Shown: piece after piece, positions 12,601 to 24,345 of the stretch
Numbering within the stretch: position 1 is the stretch's first letter
Layout of the letters: each line of letters opens with the position of its first letter
Assembly: GCF_001194135.2 (NCBI RefSeq)
Contig: NC_068986.1
Span: 106,992,738 to 107,025,163, forward strand
From: Octopus bimaculoides
Lineage: Eukaryota
DNA length: 32,426 nt
Direction: 5' to 3'
The notes under the pieces: model-generated
Seen by the model: only the letters and a program-made list of their open reading frames with translations
Database searches by the model: none
What the model was told of the DNA's origin: nothing
Position numbers and translations under genes: made by a program

Positions 12601-12808
12601 TACGGGCTGATCACCTGACAAGTATACATGAAATGTAGTTTCGAGTCTCATGCTCAGCCTTCTTCTAACTTCTAACTAAAGGGTTTTTCAATCTACTGTT
12701 TGAATTTCATTATTTATAGACTCAGAAAGCGCCCCAAAATCAATGTTTCAAAACAGAAGTTTTTGCATCCTTTCGTAAGTTTATGAAATATTTATATTGT
12801 TAATGATG

Positions 12809-12809
<1 letters not shown>

Positions 12810-12903
<94 letters not shown>

Positions 12904-12980
12904 AAGAAGAAGAAGAAGGAGGAGGAGGAGGAGGAGGAGGGGGGAAGGGGAAGAAGAAGAAGAAGAAGAAGAAGAAGAAG
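12810..12980. repeat. Compound microsatellite (AAT)n-(GAA)n-(GGA)n-(GAA)n
   Basis: Read directly; it produces the poly-I/R/E/L ORFs in the track. Confidence 0.97.
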
Positions 12981-13187
12981 ATATGATCGCATGATACATA
13001 ATACTAACATTAGAATCGGAATTAAGTAAACCAAATCAATTAAAGAAATTAATTATTTATAAACTCATACTTAAATTAACTTTTATTTTAAAGAGTGAAA
13101 AGAAGAATAAACGAATAAAATTATCGACAACGGAATATATCAAATTAGATTACAATGAAATCAGGAAATAAATGATAGAACAATAGC

Positions 13188-13236
<49 letters not shown>

Positions 13237-13428
13237 CATCATTGAGTGAGAAAGCAATGCATGCAATTCTCCTCAACACATGGCTATGATGCTCCCCCAC
13301 TACTTCTGCTCCTGATCAGAGATGCACATATCGTCAGCCACCAAGGGACATACTCAACTGGTTAAGGTCAAACAACTGACAAGCAAATCTGTGGTATTGA
13401 GCAGAATATTTGCTGTAGCCCATCTTTT

Positions 13429-13469
<41 letters not shown>

Positions 13470-14569
13470 CAACAACAATAATAATAATAATTGATATGTC
13501 TCGCATTATGAGAGCGTATTTCGTTGTCTGTGTGACTGGTCGTACGGCGTATCTCGCTGGCTGACATTGCTTGCTGTGTTTGCCAACTATTTATCAGTAG
13601 TGGAATAGCTCACTTCTCACTTGGGGACGTCCACCACAATACTTCCTACTTTTGAGATTTTTTATATACTTTTCTTTTTGGTTTCATATAACATTATTTT
13701 TCTTCGGAATGCCGCAGGTAGTACCAGTCTACTTAGTTTACCGGTAGCGCTACTAACTCATAGCGACCTGACTAAAATCCTTCACTTATTATCATCATTA
13801 TTTTTTTCTTCCACAGAGAATTATTTTTCACTTCAGAATGCTGCAGGTAGAACCAGTCTACATTGTTTACTGGTAGCGCTACTAACACATAGCGACCTGA
13901 CTAAAATCTTTCACACGGATTTATATCATTCTTCACTGTGTGTAGTTCAGTTCTGCATTAGCGTTCCAGTTTTATCACACAATTTGTTTCTTCAACAGGA
14001 TTTGTTTTTCAGTGCGTGTGTACGAATCCTCGTCGCCTCTTTTATGTTCCGTATTATGACGGCGTATTTTGTCATCTCCGTAGCTGGCCCGCACGGTGTG
14101 CCACTCCGACTGATATTGCTTGCTGTCTCTATCCACTATTTATTAGTACTGGAACAGAACAGCCCACTACTAAATTGGGGGTATCCGCAACAACAACAAC
14201 ANNNNNNNNNNNNNNNNNNNNNNNNNNNNNNNNNNNNNNNNNNNNNNNNNNNNNNNNNNNNNNNNNNNNNNNNNNNNNNNNNNNNNNNNNNNNNNNNNNN
14301 NTAATCAGTTTGTCTGTCCTTGTTTGTCCCCTCTATGTTTAGCCCCTTGTGAGCATTGAAAAATAACAAGTATATATACAGTAAATGAATTATAAATATT
14401 TATATATATGTGTATACATATATATATACATACATTTGCATACACACATATACATACAGATACAGACACACATTTTTTTCACTTTTGACACGTAATACAG
14501 GCACAGTGTAAAAGAGGAGAGATTGCACCGGGCTCACGTTAGGCAAGAAGTTGAGAATTTATATACTGC

Positions 14570-14689
14570 ATGGTCGGTAAGTCATATATAAAATTTGAAT
14601 GAAATCGGTTGGGCAAGGTTCCAGTTTTAGTAATGCACACAGACATAGACAAACACACAGACAGACATTGTCGGTTTTATATATAGAGA
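14570..14689 (-). mobile_element. Non-autonomous Helitron-like 5' terminus fragment
   Basis: Minus strand A|TCTCTATATATAAAACCGACAATGTCTGTCTGT...CCGATTTCATTCAAATTTT, the typical start of invertebrate non-autonomous Helitrons. Confidence 0.55.
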
Positions 14690-15719
14690 TATATATGTTT
14701 GTTATACATATACATATATATGTGTATGTATATGTGTATCTGGCCGTAAAGCCTTTTCTGTTTGTTTTCCTGTCTTGTTTTTTGTCCGCCACTACATTTC
14801 TCCATGGCAAGATTTAATTTGCGTATACAAATTTAATCTGCGGTCCATGGGATGAGCCGTTTTAACGATGCGTCCTGCCCAAGCTCGTCGAAACGCCGGT
14901 GTTAAAACGTGGGTAGCTGATGAAGTAAAATGATCTCTATGTGGCTCGTGTGTTTTCTCCTCTACGTTTGTTTGCAATGTCCTGTACCCAGATATGCACC
15001 TATACATACAGGTGGATGTCGGTATGCACATACCTGTACGTATATATGCATATACTCATTTACTATTTGTTTATATATNNNNNNNNNNNNNNNNNNNNNN
15101 NNNNNNNNNNNNNNNNNNNNNNNNNNNNNNNNNNNNNNNNNNNNNNNNNNNNNNNNNNNNNNNNNNNNNNNNNNNNNNNNNNNNNNNNNNNNNNNNNNNN
15201 NNNNNNNNNNNNNNNNNNNNNNNNNNNNNNNNNNNNNNNNNNNNNNNNNNNNNNNNNNNNNNNNNNNNNNNNNNNNNNNNNNNNNNNNNNNNNNNNNNNN
15301 NNNNNNNNNNNNNNNNNNNNNNNNNNNNNNNNNNNNNNNNNNNNNNNNNNNNNNNNNNNNNNNNNNNNNNNNNNNNNNNNNNNNNNNNNNNNNNNNNNNN
15401 NNNNNNNNNNNNNNNNNNNNNNNNNNNNNNNNNNNNNNNNNNNNNNNNNNNNNNNNNNNNNNNNNNNNNNNNNNNNNNNNNNNNNNNNNNNNNNNNNNNN
15501 NNNNNNNNNNNNNNNNNNNNNNNNNNNNNNNNNNNNNNNNNNNNNNNNNNNNNNNNNNNNNNNNNNNNNNNNNNNNNNNNNNNNNNNNNNNNNNNNNNNN
15601 NNNNNNNNNNNNNNNNNNNNNNNNNNNATATATATACACACATAATATATCAACATACATACACACATATATATATATTCATATATACAGGTAAAAGTAT
15701 ACACACACACACACGCACG

Positions 15720-15750
<31 letters not shown>

Positions 15751-15867
15751 ACACACACACACACACAAGAACGCAAATATATACGTATAGCATGCACTCA
15801 CTTCTTTGAAATAGAAAACAGTTACGAATTCAGTTACGTTTAATTACATTTGTACTTCCAGATCAAA

Positions 15868-15934
15868 ATGACACAACTACTTCCTTCTTGTTTGCTGATT
15901 TTGGTTGCATTAACAGATGTTATGCCAAACCCCA
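15868..15934 (+). CDS. Gene B coding exon 1: signal peptide (MTQLLPSCLLILVALTDVMPNP)
   Basis: Acceptor tttgtacttccag ends at 15861, ATG at 15868, hydrophobic core CLLILVAL, phase-1 donor A|GTAAGT at 15935. 43/57 nt identical to gene A over the first 19 codons. Confidence 0.88.
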
Positions 15935-16337
15935 GTAAGTTTCCTTTCATATATGAAAATATATTGCCTAAGTACAATATTTACACGGATGAATGTATAT
16001 ATGAGTAACCACACAATCACATGCACACAATCATGTATAAATGAGTAACGAAATGTACAGGTGTCAATTCATTACGATCATTGGACGCAATCGTTTTATT
16101 TGATTAATGAAAACATTAAATCATTTCTGAAGCCTTTCTCCTCAGATGACCGCATAGTCTTCAAACCTATAGGTTACAACTACTGCTTTAACATATTCAC
16201 ATGAATAATGGAACTCAAAATATTTACACTGTTTATTGTCATATCTCTGGCAGTATGAATTTAGAAAGTAATGCATACCTTGTCAAGTGTACTATAATTT
16301 AGAGAGGGAATGCAGCAGTACCCAATTCAACGGAATC

Positions 16338-16383
<46 letters not shown>

Positions 16384-16879
16384 TTGTGTATGTGTATAAG
16401 ATAGAATGCATGGTGGGTGATTAAATGTAGTATAGAAGGAAAGAAATAAGATAAAGAACAAACTTGTTTTACACGACTAAAGAATATATTAGAATCATCA
16501 CAGCAAAATTATTATACAATATTATATAACAATTGATCTTTGTTACTTCCAACATAATAACCGGTTTCGCTAACGCTTTTCAAATTTTGTATTTTGGATG
16601 CAATTCTGAATTAGAGATTTTGTTTCGTAGAGGGGATAATTGGCATCCAAGGTGTTTTTCAGTAAATGGAAGATAAAACTGTAAATTTCAATATTGGTTT
16701 ACATTTGGTTCTGGCTTATATTCTACAATAGATGAGGTAAATCTTTAATTTTCAGTATGAATTTATATTTAACACTGGCTTATATATTTCGATAAATGAT
16801 GCCTCTTTATTTAATTGTACTTGTGTTGAGGTCCAAATACTAAATTGATATAATGAGAAAATGAGGAATTGTGGTTGTA

Positions 16880-17745
16880 ATTGTTCCGTACAGTTGTCAA
16901 TGCTTTCACTGACATATTTCTGGCGATATCGTGTCATCCCTTATATAGTTTTTATGACGGCCTGAGCATCAGATTACCTAAATGAGGTTTTCAGAGGCGC
17001 AAGAGAAGTTGCTTTTAATTTTGAATTTTTGACCTTGTCTAAAATGGAACTCTGATCCTTCCAAAAGACTGAGACATTCTTCGCAGTTAGGATGATCACA
17101 CTTTTTCCTCTTGCGTCCGTTATTCTGGACTATAATTTAGCATTTGCGAGAGGTTTCTTTAATATCTTTGGTTGTTTACTGCTTTTACTAATTTTATGGA
17201 TACGTACAATTTCCTGCGCTTTGGGATCCTTATGGAGAATTGGGAGATTTCGGACTATGATGTTAAACGCTTCTTTGTTTCTGGGGTTTTATGTGGAAAC
17301 GTAGGTTAGTGTTTTCAGAGCAAGTGTATTATTATGTTCCACATATCTTAATGTTTTATGTCAATCGATTTTGCACGTTTTACCTCTTCATTTATGAGTG
17401 CATTGGGCAGTGTTTTTCCTTCAATGCTTTTCCCGTTTTTTTTTTCTTTGTTCATTTCCTGTTTAAATTTTTTCGTTACACAATTTTCGGTTTTGCTAAC
17501 CCTGGCCTTCTTCGTGTTTTTCAACAGTGGCTCCGCGGCATTTTTTATACACCACCCCAGGCTGTTTTCCTTTACCTGGCAGCTGATTACACCTGTCCCA
17601 CCCTTTCTTCTGGAGAAGTACAGCCTACCGGTGTCACGTTTAAGGGGGAAAGCTCCGTGTACTGTCAACATTTTCTTGGACTTGTTATCCATTTTCTTCA
17701 TTTCAGTATTTTGTCATTTTATAATACCTGCTCCAAACCGAATTG
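16880..17745 (-). mobile_element. 5'-truncated R4/Dong-like LINE fragment (RT C-terminus) in gene B intron 1
   Basis: ORF 17348-17701 reads KKMLTVHGAFPLKRDTGRLYFSRRKGGTG, resembling the R4-clade thumb motif; abuts a (TTA)n tract at 17750-17778. Confidence 0.75.
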
Positions 17746-17783
17746 ATTACTATTATTATTATTATTATTATTATTATTGATAA

Positions 17784-19144
17784 TCATACCATAGTGGGCG
17801 TAATGTCCGTCAGTCTGTCTGTACCCCCCCCCCACTGATTTTCTGATTTCGGAGAAAAAAAATCGTACTCGCTACAGCTCTATCTGGGATTGCAGCAACA
17901 TTGCTGCACAATGACCGGACATTTCTTTCTCGGTTCAAAGTGCCTAGAAACATAACACCAGAGTCCTGCGGCAACATGTCATCTCAGGATGCAACTGCGC
18001 AACACTTCAGAATGACTAGTCTAATAATAGTCGATGAAGTTTGCCAAGGCGACAAGACCATATATGAATGTTTGGATCGTTCTCGACGCAATATCAGATC
18101 AAACGAATCCGTTTGACGGAACATGTGCTCTTTTTGTAGGCGACTGGAAGTAGATTATACCAGTTGTTAAACGTGGTAGTCGAGTCCAAATAGTACAAGC
18201 CACCTTGAAAACATCGTACATCTGGAGGTCTGTGACGGAGTTGAGTCTAAAGAAAAACATGAGGTTACGAAATCCTTAAGATATACCTTACACAACCTAT
18301 TTAAGTGACATCGGTTCCGGACAATGTTCGTTCACTGACCCACTGAGGAAAGTGATTCGAATTTGGCCAGATTTTGTAATCGAGACGTCATCTATTTCCG
18401 AAATATGCAAATTCGTCTTTAATGATTTACGTGAATGCTATAAAATCGCATCATGGCTGTGTTGGGGAGTTGTCATCGTCTCGACCAGTGAAGTGGTAAA
18501 CAGTGTGAATGAGAACATGGTCAGCAACTTACCTGGGGAAGGTCGAGAGTACTGACGAAAGCTACCACCAGTACCCACAGAATTTCATGAACAACTTAAA
18601 TCCATCGGGATTGTCACTCCATAAAATCAAATTGAAAAATAACTGTCCGATGATATTCCTCAGGAATTTTGATCCGGCCAGTAGACACTGCAATGAAACA
18701 TGATACACGGTATCAGAACTAAATTCCAATGTTATCGAAGCTGTGATTGCAACTGGCCCCGCAATGGTAAACGCGTGTTCATTCCGCGGATAACGCTTAT
18801 ATCAACCGATAACGAGTTTCAGTTCCCATTTAGACGCAGGCAGTTTCCTATAAAACTGTCTTTCTCATTTACAGCAAACAAGACACAGAGCCAGAGTTTA
18901 GATCGTATAGGTGTATTTTTACTCAGTCTAATGTTTACACACGGCTAGTTATACGTCGCTATGTGTAGAGCAACGAAATCCAGTAATTTGAAAATTAGTG
19001 TCGACCACACACAAAATATTGTCTACAAGGAAGTTTTGTAATCGTATTGATATCAAAATCTATTGACACATGTTTCAATACATACTGTTCTTATGATTTC
19101 CCTCTCTCATTTTATACCTCCATCGTGGATGGGTAGATTTGCTA

Positions 19145-19145
<1 letters not shown>
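17784..19145 (+). mobile_element. Internally deleted Helitron carrying a PIF1-type helicase pseudogene, no Rep domain
   Basis: Probable 5' A|TC at 17784; SGIAATLL, LIIVDE, GDWK, KNMRL, VFIPRITL, FRRRQFPIKLSFSFTANKTQSQSL, HG*LYVA, NIVYKEVL*; hairpin CCATC-GTG-GATGG (19120-19132) followed by CTAG|T (19142-19145). Confidence 0.88.
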
Positions 19146-19207
<62 letters not shown>

Positions 19208-19640
19208 GCATTATCATTATTACTATTAGCTTTATTTTTTTTTAGCGTTCATGACTTGTGGCCAGCAAAAAAACGCCTACACCGAAACCTGAAATCCGGT
19301 GTTTCCTATCTTTATGCGATTTATCATTTCACACCAAAACCTTTTGGTTTGCCCAAACCACGCTTGTAATTAGGAGAAACCTTTGTAGAAGTACGTACCT
19401 GTCCATTAAATTGGTTTCAATATATTCCTCACACGTATTTGTTTTATGGAGACAGGACCGAGAAAAGAGGTAAACGATCCGACTGAGTTTCATATATGAA
19501 TTAGAAGGAAGCGAAAATTATGATCACACTTGGATATTATTGGAACCATCTTTAACAATGCTAACTTATAATAAATCTGCCTTGTAAAATATCTAATATT
19601 CATTAGTGGATACTATTATAATGTATGTATTTTTCTTTAG

Positions 19641-19775
19641 AGTGTCCGGGATGTGACGACGGCATTTTGTGCCGCGATATTGGAGAAGAATGGGTGGAAA
19701 AGATATCCGAAACATGTACCAGGAAAATATGCGACGAGTTTGATGGTGAAATGAAAATAAAGGCAACACATTTGT
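19641..19775 (+). CDS. Gene B coding exon 2: Cys-rich module 1 (KCPGCDDGILCRDIGEEWVEKISETCTRKICDEFDGEMKIKATHL)
   Basis: Acceptor ttttctttag ends at 19640; 135-bp phase-1/1 exon; donor T|GTAAGT at 19776. Lies within ORF 19625..19903 of the track. Confidence 0.9.
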
Positions 19776-20540
19776 GTAAGTTGACAAAAAAAATTTATTT
19801 CCTCTCTTCACTGCGTGTTTTGATGCATCAAAATCCCAACGAAGGTTTATATTTGCTTTGCTTTGAATGTGATAGGCGTTGTTCGGTAACTCTTAATTAC
19901 TGACCATCTGCCAGCGTTAATTGTGAGATTGATGTACCCTAGATCACAGACGGTCAATTCAACCCTAGTAAACGACGGATTCTTCGTTTATTGAACCTAG
20001 GTAACGAAATGTAATGTGATCTAGACCAACACAGTAGGGCTAAATCTCAGTGCGTAACGAAATGTATCTAAATAGCGTAAAGCATTTCGGAAGATGCACT
20101 AACGTTTCTGGTGGGCTGATAGAATCGTTAGCGCAACGAACAAGATGCTTAACGGCATTTCCTTCGTATCTTTAGGTCCTGAACTTATGTCCCGCTAAGT
20201 TCAACTTTACTTTTCATCCCGTCGAGGTCGAAAATTAAGGTACCAGTTAAATATCGGAGTCGACGAAAATTACTAGTTGCCTCCCCTAAAAAATTGCTCG
20301 CATGAAAACCTGTAACGGATAGCCCGCCCTTTCATGTTGGTATTGGTAATTTAAATGCCATGGAAACAGGGTAACCGCTATTATAAATCCTAGGGCTAAA
20401 GACAAACAGAATAAACAATTCTCATATTTCAATGCTTAACTTCAATTATAAGTTACATGGATGGTATGTTTCAAAGATTGTGCTTTTGTGAGAATTTCAA
20501 AAGTTTATTTATATCTGTATGTATCATCAATTGACATCAG

Positions 20541-22075
20541 TACGAGGTTCGGCTAAGTTAGTAGGCTGACTAAGACATTCTCTTGGAATGTGAGCAAATG
20601 ACGTTGGTTTCCTAGCATATTTCCCCTTGCCGTCAACACACTTATTTCTTTATTGCCCACAGGGGGCTAAATATAGAGGGGTCAAACAAGGACAGACAAA
20701 GGGATTAAGTCGATTATATCAACCCTAGTGCGTAACTGGTATTAATTTAATCCACCCCGAAAGGATGAAAGGCAAAGTCGACCTCGGCGGAATTTGAACT
20801 CAGAACGTAGCGGCAGATGAAATACCGATAATCATTTCGCCCGGCTTGCTAACGTTTCTACCAGCTCACCGCTGACACACTTATTCCATCGGTGCCGCAG
20901 TCATTGGATCCCATTGCTGAAAATGGTTTTACTCTTTTGGTCCAAAAGCCATCAACAATACATATGACGTCATCAATCTCCACAGCGACATGGCTCTCAG
21001 TCAAGCGTTTTTCCATGTTGGGGAGGTGGTGATAGTCAGGCGCGGCGGAAAGAAGAGAAAAGAGAGGATGAGCAACCCTTTTCAAAGCCATATTCACAAC
21101 AGCCATTGAATCCAATGATTTGTGCGCTAGAGCAATGTCCTGAAGGTCCAGTTTCTTCAATCTTCCTTGGGTCTTGGTGCTTGGGGTTTGGGGGTTTGGT
21201 CTTCATAGCCTTTCGTAATCACTTCCCCATCATTCGTGAGTCCTTTTTGAAGATAATCGATAAAGTTCTTTACATTTGCATCCCCACAAAATGAAGATTT
21301 CTCCTCCTCTGCAAATGAAAAAACCTTGTCATTCTTTGGAGTAGGAAATGTGGAGTGTTTCCACCGCACGGAGGTTTTGGTTGTTGCCTCATGCATTGTC
21401 TCATTGTCTCTCCAAGTGCTGAACCCAATACTATACCTAGGTTAGAACACGTTCAAGGAAACCAGCTGGATGTGCCTCTAATAATATCAGATTTTCCTGT
21501 GCATTTTGCATCAGTTGTCAGAAGACTTGACACCTACCGAACAGAGACCTTTGCCCTGCCAAGTCCATCGTTCAGAATATACTCAAATCTCTCATGGGGA
21601 ATGGGAATAGCATTGGCTGTTTGATTTATAGTTATTCGCCATTTATCCATCAGCATGTTACGAACATGATCAATGCTTTCGTCGGTAGTGGGTGTTGCAG
21701 GATGTCCAGATCTTAGATCATCCTTACTATTCTCTGTTCCCCTCCTAAATTCAACTGCCTACGTTTGAACTGTAAGTTGACAAAAATGGATCGTCATCTA
21801 CTAGTGTAGCAATTGTGTAAGCGTAATGTATCATTCGGAGCTAAACCCTCTTTTCTTCCGGTACTTCATACTAAACTTTCCCCATGTTCAAGAGAAGTCT
21901 CAACTAGTCGAAGTCTTCTTTGAATAGTCAGATGACTGTTGACTTGAACAACAAAAAACAACAAAAATAAATACAGACATTATGATGAAACGCTGAACTG
22001 AATGCATGCAAGACTTCACAGCTTCAGGATCACTCCCTCACAGACAGCCTATGAACTTTTCAGCCTACACTCGTA
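20541..22075 (-). mobile_element. Full-length but decayed mariner element with a nested SINE, in gene B intron 2
   Basis: Imperfect TIRs TACGAGGTTCGGCTAAGTTAGTAGGCTG versus reverse complement TACGAGTGTAGGCTGAAAAGTTCATAGGCTG (22044-22075); remnants DDLRSGHP, IDYLQKG, LQDIALAHKS, AHPLFSLLSAAPDYH, GIQ*LRHRWNKCV. About 1.3 kb without the SINE. Confidence 0.85.
20647..20874 (-). mobile_element. Young SINE inserted into the mariner with an 11-bp target-site duplication
   Basis: ACACACTTATT at 20636-20646 and 20875-20885; minus-strand GAGTTCAAATTCC box B. Confidence 0.88.
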
Positions 22076-22126
22076 TGTGTACGCATCTCGAACATGAATG
22101 TTTGTTTACACAGCTGAAGTTAATTG

Positions 22127-23300
22127 TATTAGGTTGGCAACTAAGTTCCTGCCATTTTTCTTTATTTAAATTTTTTAAAAGGTTTAATAAACAATAACAA
22201 TTAATCAATCAATAGTGTATTCAGCCTTGTTGTCTACAACTTCTTGCCAACGTTCAACAAGATTTTCAATACCACGTTGGTAGAAATCACCTTATTTCGA
22301 CTCGAAAAATTGGATCCAACCAAGCTCTCAATTCTGCATCAGTATTGAACGAAACTCCGCGCATAGCGTTTGAAAGAGATCGAAAGAGGTGGAAATCCAC
22401 TGGTACCAAATCAGGAGAGTACGGCGTGTGTGGCAGCATTTCCCAGCCACGCGTTTGAATGGCTTCTCTGGTCATATTGGCGATATGAGGGCGAGCGTTG
22501 TCATGGAGTAGAACTCCATATTGACGATTAAGTATGTTCTCTTGAATAGCCGTATTGTGTCGTTTCATCTCTTGAACATAGAGTTCCGCGTTGACCGTTT
22601 GGTTCCGTTCAAGCAATTCGTAATGGATAATCCCTTCCCAGTCCCGCCATACGAAACAACCTCGTTTTACGCAGATTAAGATCTTGTTTCACGCGCGGTA
22701 TCGCTTGTTTACCGGGGCTAAGCCATTGCTTACGCTGCTTCATATTGATGTACAGGCACCATTTTTCATCGCCAGTTACGATTCGGTAAAGAAATCGTTA
22801 CTTGTGTCCATGAGTTGAGCAGTGACGAGCAAGCAAACCAGCGGAGATTGTGGCTCGTTCTTTTTTGTTGTTGTCATATTTCTGAACCTTTCCCATCAAT
22901 TAAAGATGCTTCTCTATAGCAGTGTGGAAGCATTCCATTTTCTCTGCTAGTTCCCTTGTCGTTTGACAAGAATTTTCGTGCAAAAGTTGGTTCAATCGCT
23001 CTTCATCGAACTCAACTGGACGGCCAGAACGAGGCGCGTCTTTGAGGTCAAAATTTCCATTTTTGAACTTGGCATACCAATCNNNNNNNNNNGAGGTCAA
23101 AATTTCCATTTTTGAACTTGGCATACCAATCACGAGCGGTTCTTTCAGCTATGGCACCCTCTACATACACAGCACAAATGTCGCGAGCAGCTTCTGCGGC
23201 CTTAGAACCTTGATTAAAAGCAAAAAGAAGAAAGTGTCGAAAATGCTCGTTTTTCTTAACTTGACATACCATTTTAATGATCTGAAAATAAACAAAAATT
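22127..23300 (-). mobile_element. Mariner (DD34D) transposon, degraded
   Basis: TIR TATTAGGTTGGCAACTAAGTTCC at 22127; KNEHFRHFLLFAFNQG, DAPRSGRP, LLHDNARPH, HTPYSPDLVPVDFHLFRSL; other TIR not found. Confidence 0.92.
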
Positions 23301-23657
23301 AACTAAAGTTAACTACAAAAAAAATAGATTCCAAAATGATTCAAAAATAGAATTCTCAAAAAGAAAAAAAAAATAGATTCCAAAATTTATCAATTATAAA
23401 ATATATTAAGAAGTGGATAGTACGTTTAAATATTTAAAGAATAAATATTTAGAATCATCAGAATTTAATATAATGTATAAATGATGCAGTAAAATGCTAA
23501 TTCTCTTGTACCAAATTAAAGTGGTCACATGTACTTAGCTTGCATACAAGATATGAAAACGATTGCCTTAATTTATTCCGATTTTAAGAATATGGACTCA
23601 ATATAAAAAAAAGTGAATAATAATTTACGCTAAATAAACATATATACCAGGATATCA

Positions 23658-24043
23658 GTGGAGACGCAATGGCCCAGTGGTTAGGGCAGCGGACTCGCGG
23701 TCATAGGATCGCGGTTTCGATTCCCAGACCGGGCGTTGTGAGTGTTTATTGAGCGAAAACACCTAAAGCTCCACAAGGCTCCGACTGGGAATAATGGTGA
23801 ACACTACTCTTTCACCACAACTTTCTCTCACTCTTACTTCCTGTTTCTGTTGTGCCTGTAATTCAAAGGGTCAGCATTGTCACACTGTGTCACGCTGAAT
23901 ATCCACGAGAACTACGTTAAGGGTACACGTGTCTGTGGAGTGCTCTACCACTAGCACGTTAATTTCACGAGCAGGCTGTTCCGTTGATCGGATCGACTGG
24001 AACCCTCGACGTCGTAAGCGACGGAGTGCCAACAACAACAACA
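23658..24043 (+). mobile_element. tRNA-derived SINE specific to gene B intron 2
   Basis: Box A TGGCCCAGTGG, box B GGTTTCGATTCC, (AAC)n tail; TSD-like ACCAG(G/C)ATATCA at 23646-23657 and 24044-24055; the site is empty in gene A near 7555. Confidence 0.85.
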
Positions 24044-24345
24044 ACCAGCATATCACTAACTGAAACAATGAGAGGGCAAAATAGTTAGCACGTCGGGCAT
24101 ATTCACTTATCGGAAATTCTTCTAGTTTTCTGATTAGAATTTAAATTTCTCCGTAGTCGAGTTTGCATTCGATCCCTTCCAGATTGATAATATAAGTACC
24201 AGTTAAACATTAGAGTCATTGTAATCGACTTACCCGTTGCATGAAATTGCTGACCCTTTTCCAAATTCTTAGACCAGTGTAGGCATAATTATGTCATAGA
24301 AATAGTTTTCATAGAATAATTAATATATTTTCTTATCAACAACAG

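Noticed and set aside
12700-12780. GTAAGT donor at 12775 as gene B's noncoding first exon
   Set aside because: No forward TATA/Inr at proper spacing (TATTTATA is reverse-oriented) and no homology to the 32082 candidate; cannot be supported.
13621-14304. 227-aa hydrophobic ORF resembling a membrane protein
   Set aside because: TTG start, built from tandem and direct repeats in T-rich DNA, and runs into an N gap; composition explains the hydrophobicity.
14880-14930. GAAAC (14890) and CTGATGA (14917) motifs suggesting a type II hammerhead
   Set aside because: Stems I and II cannot be paired around the core. Probably a decayed Penelope-type terminal repeat.
23044-23131. 39-nt exact duplication inside the mariner ORF around 10 Ns
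   Set aside because: Same assembly artefact. Removing it restores a continuous transposase N-terminus.
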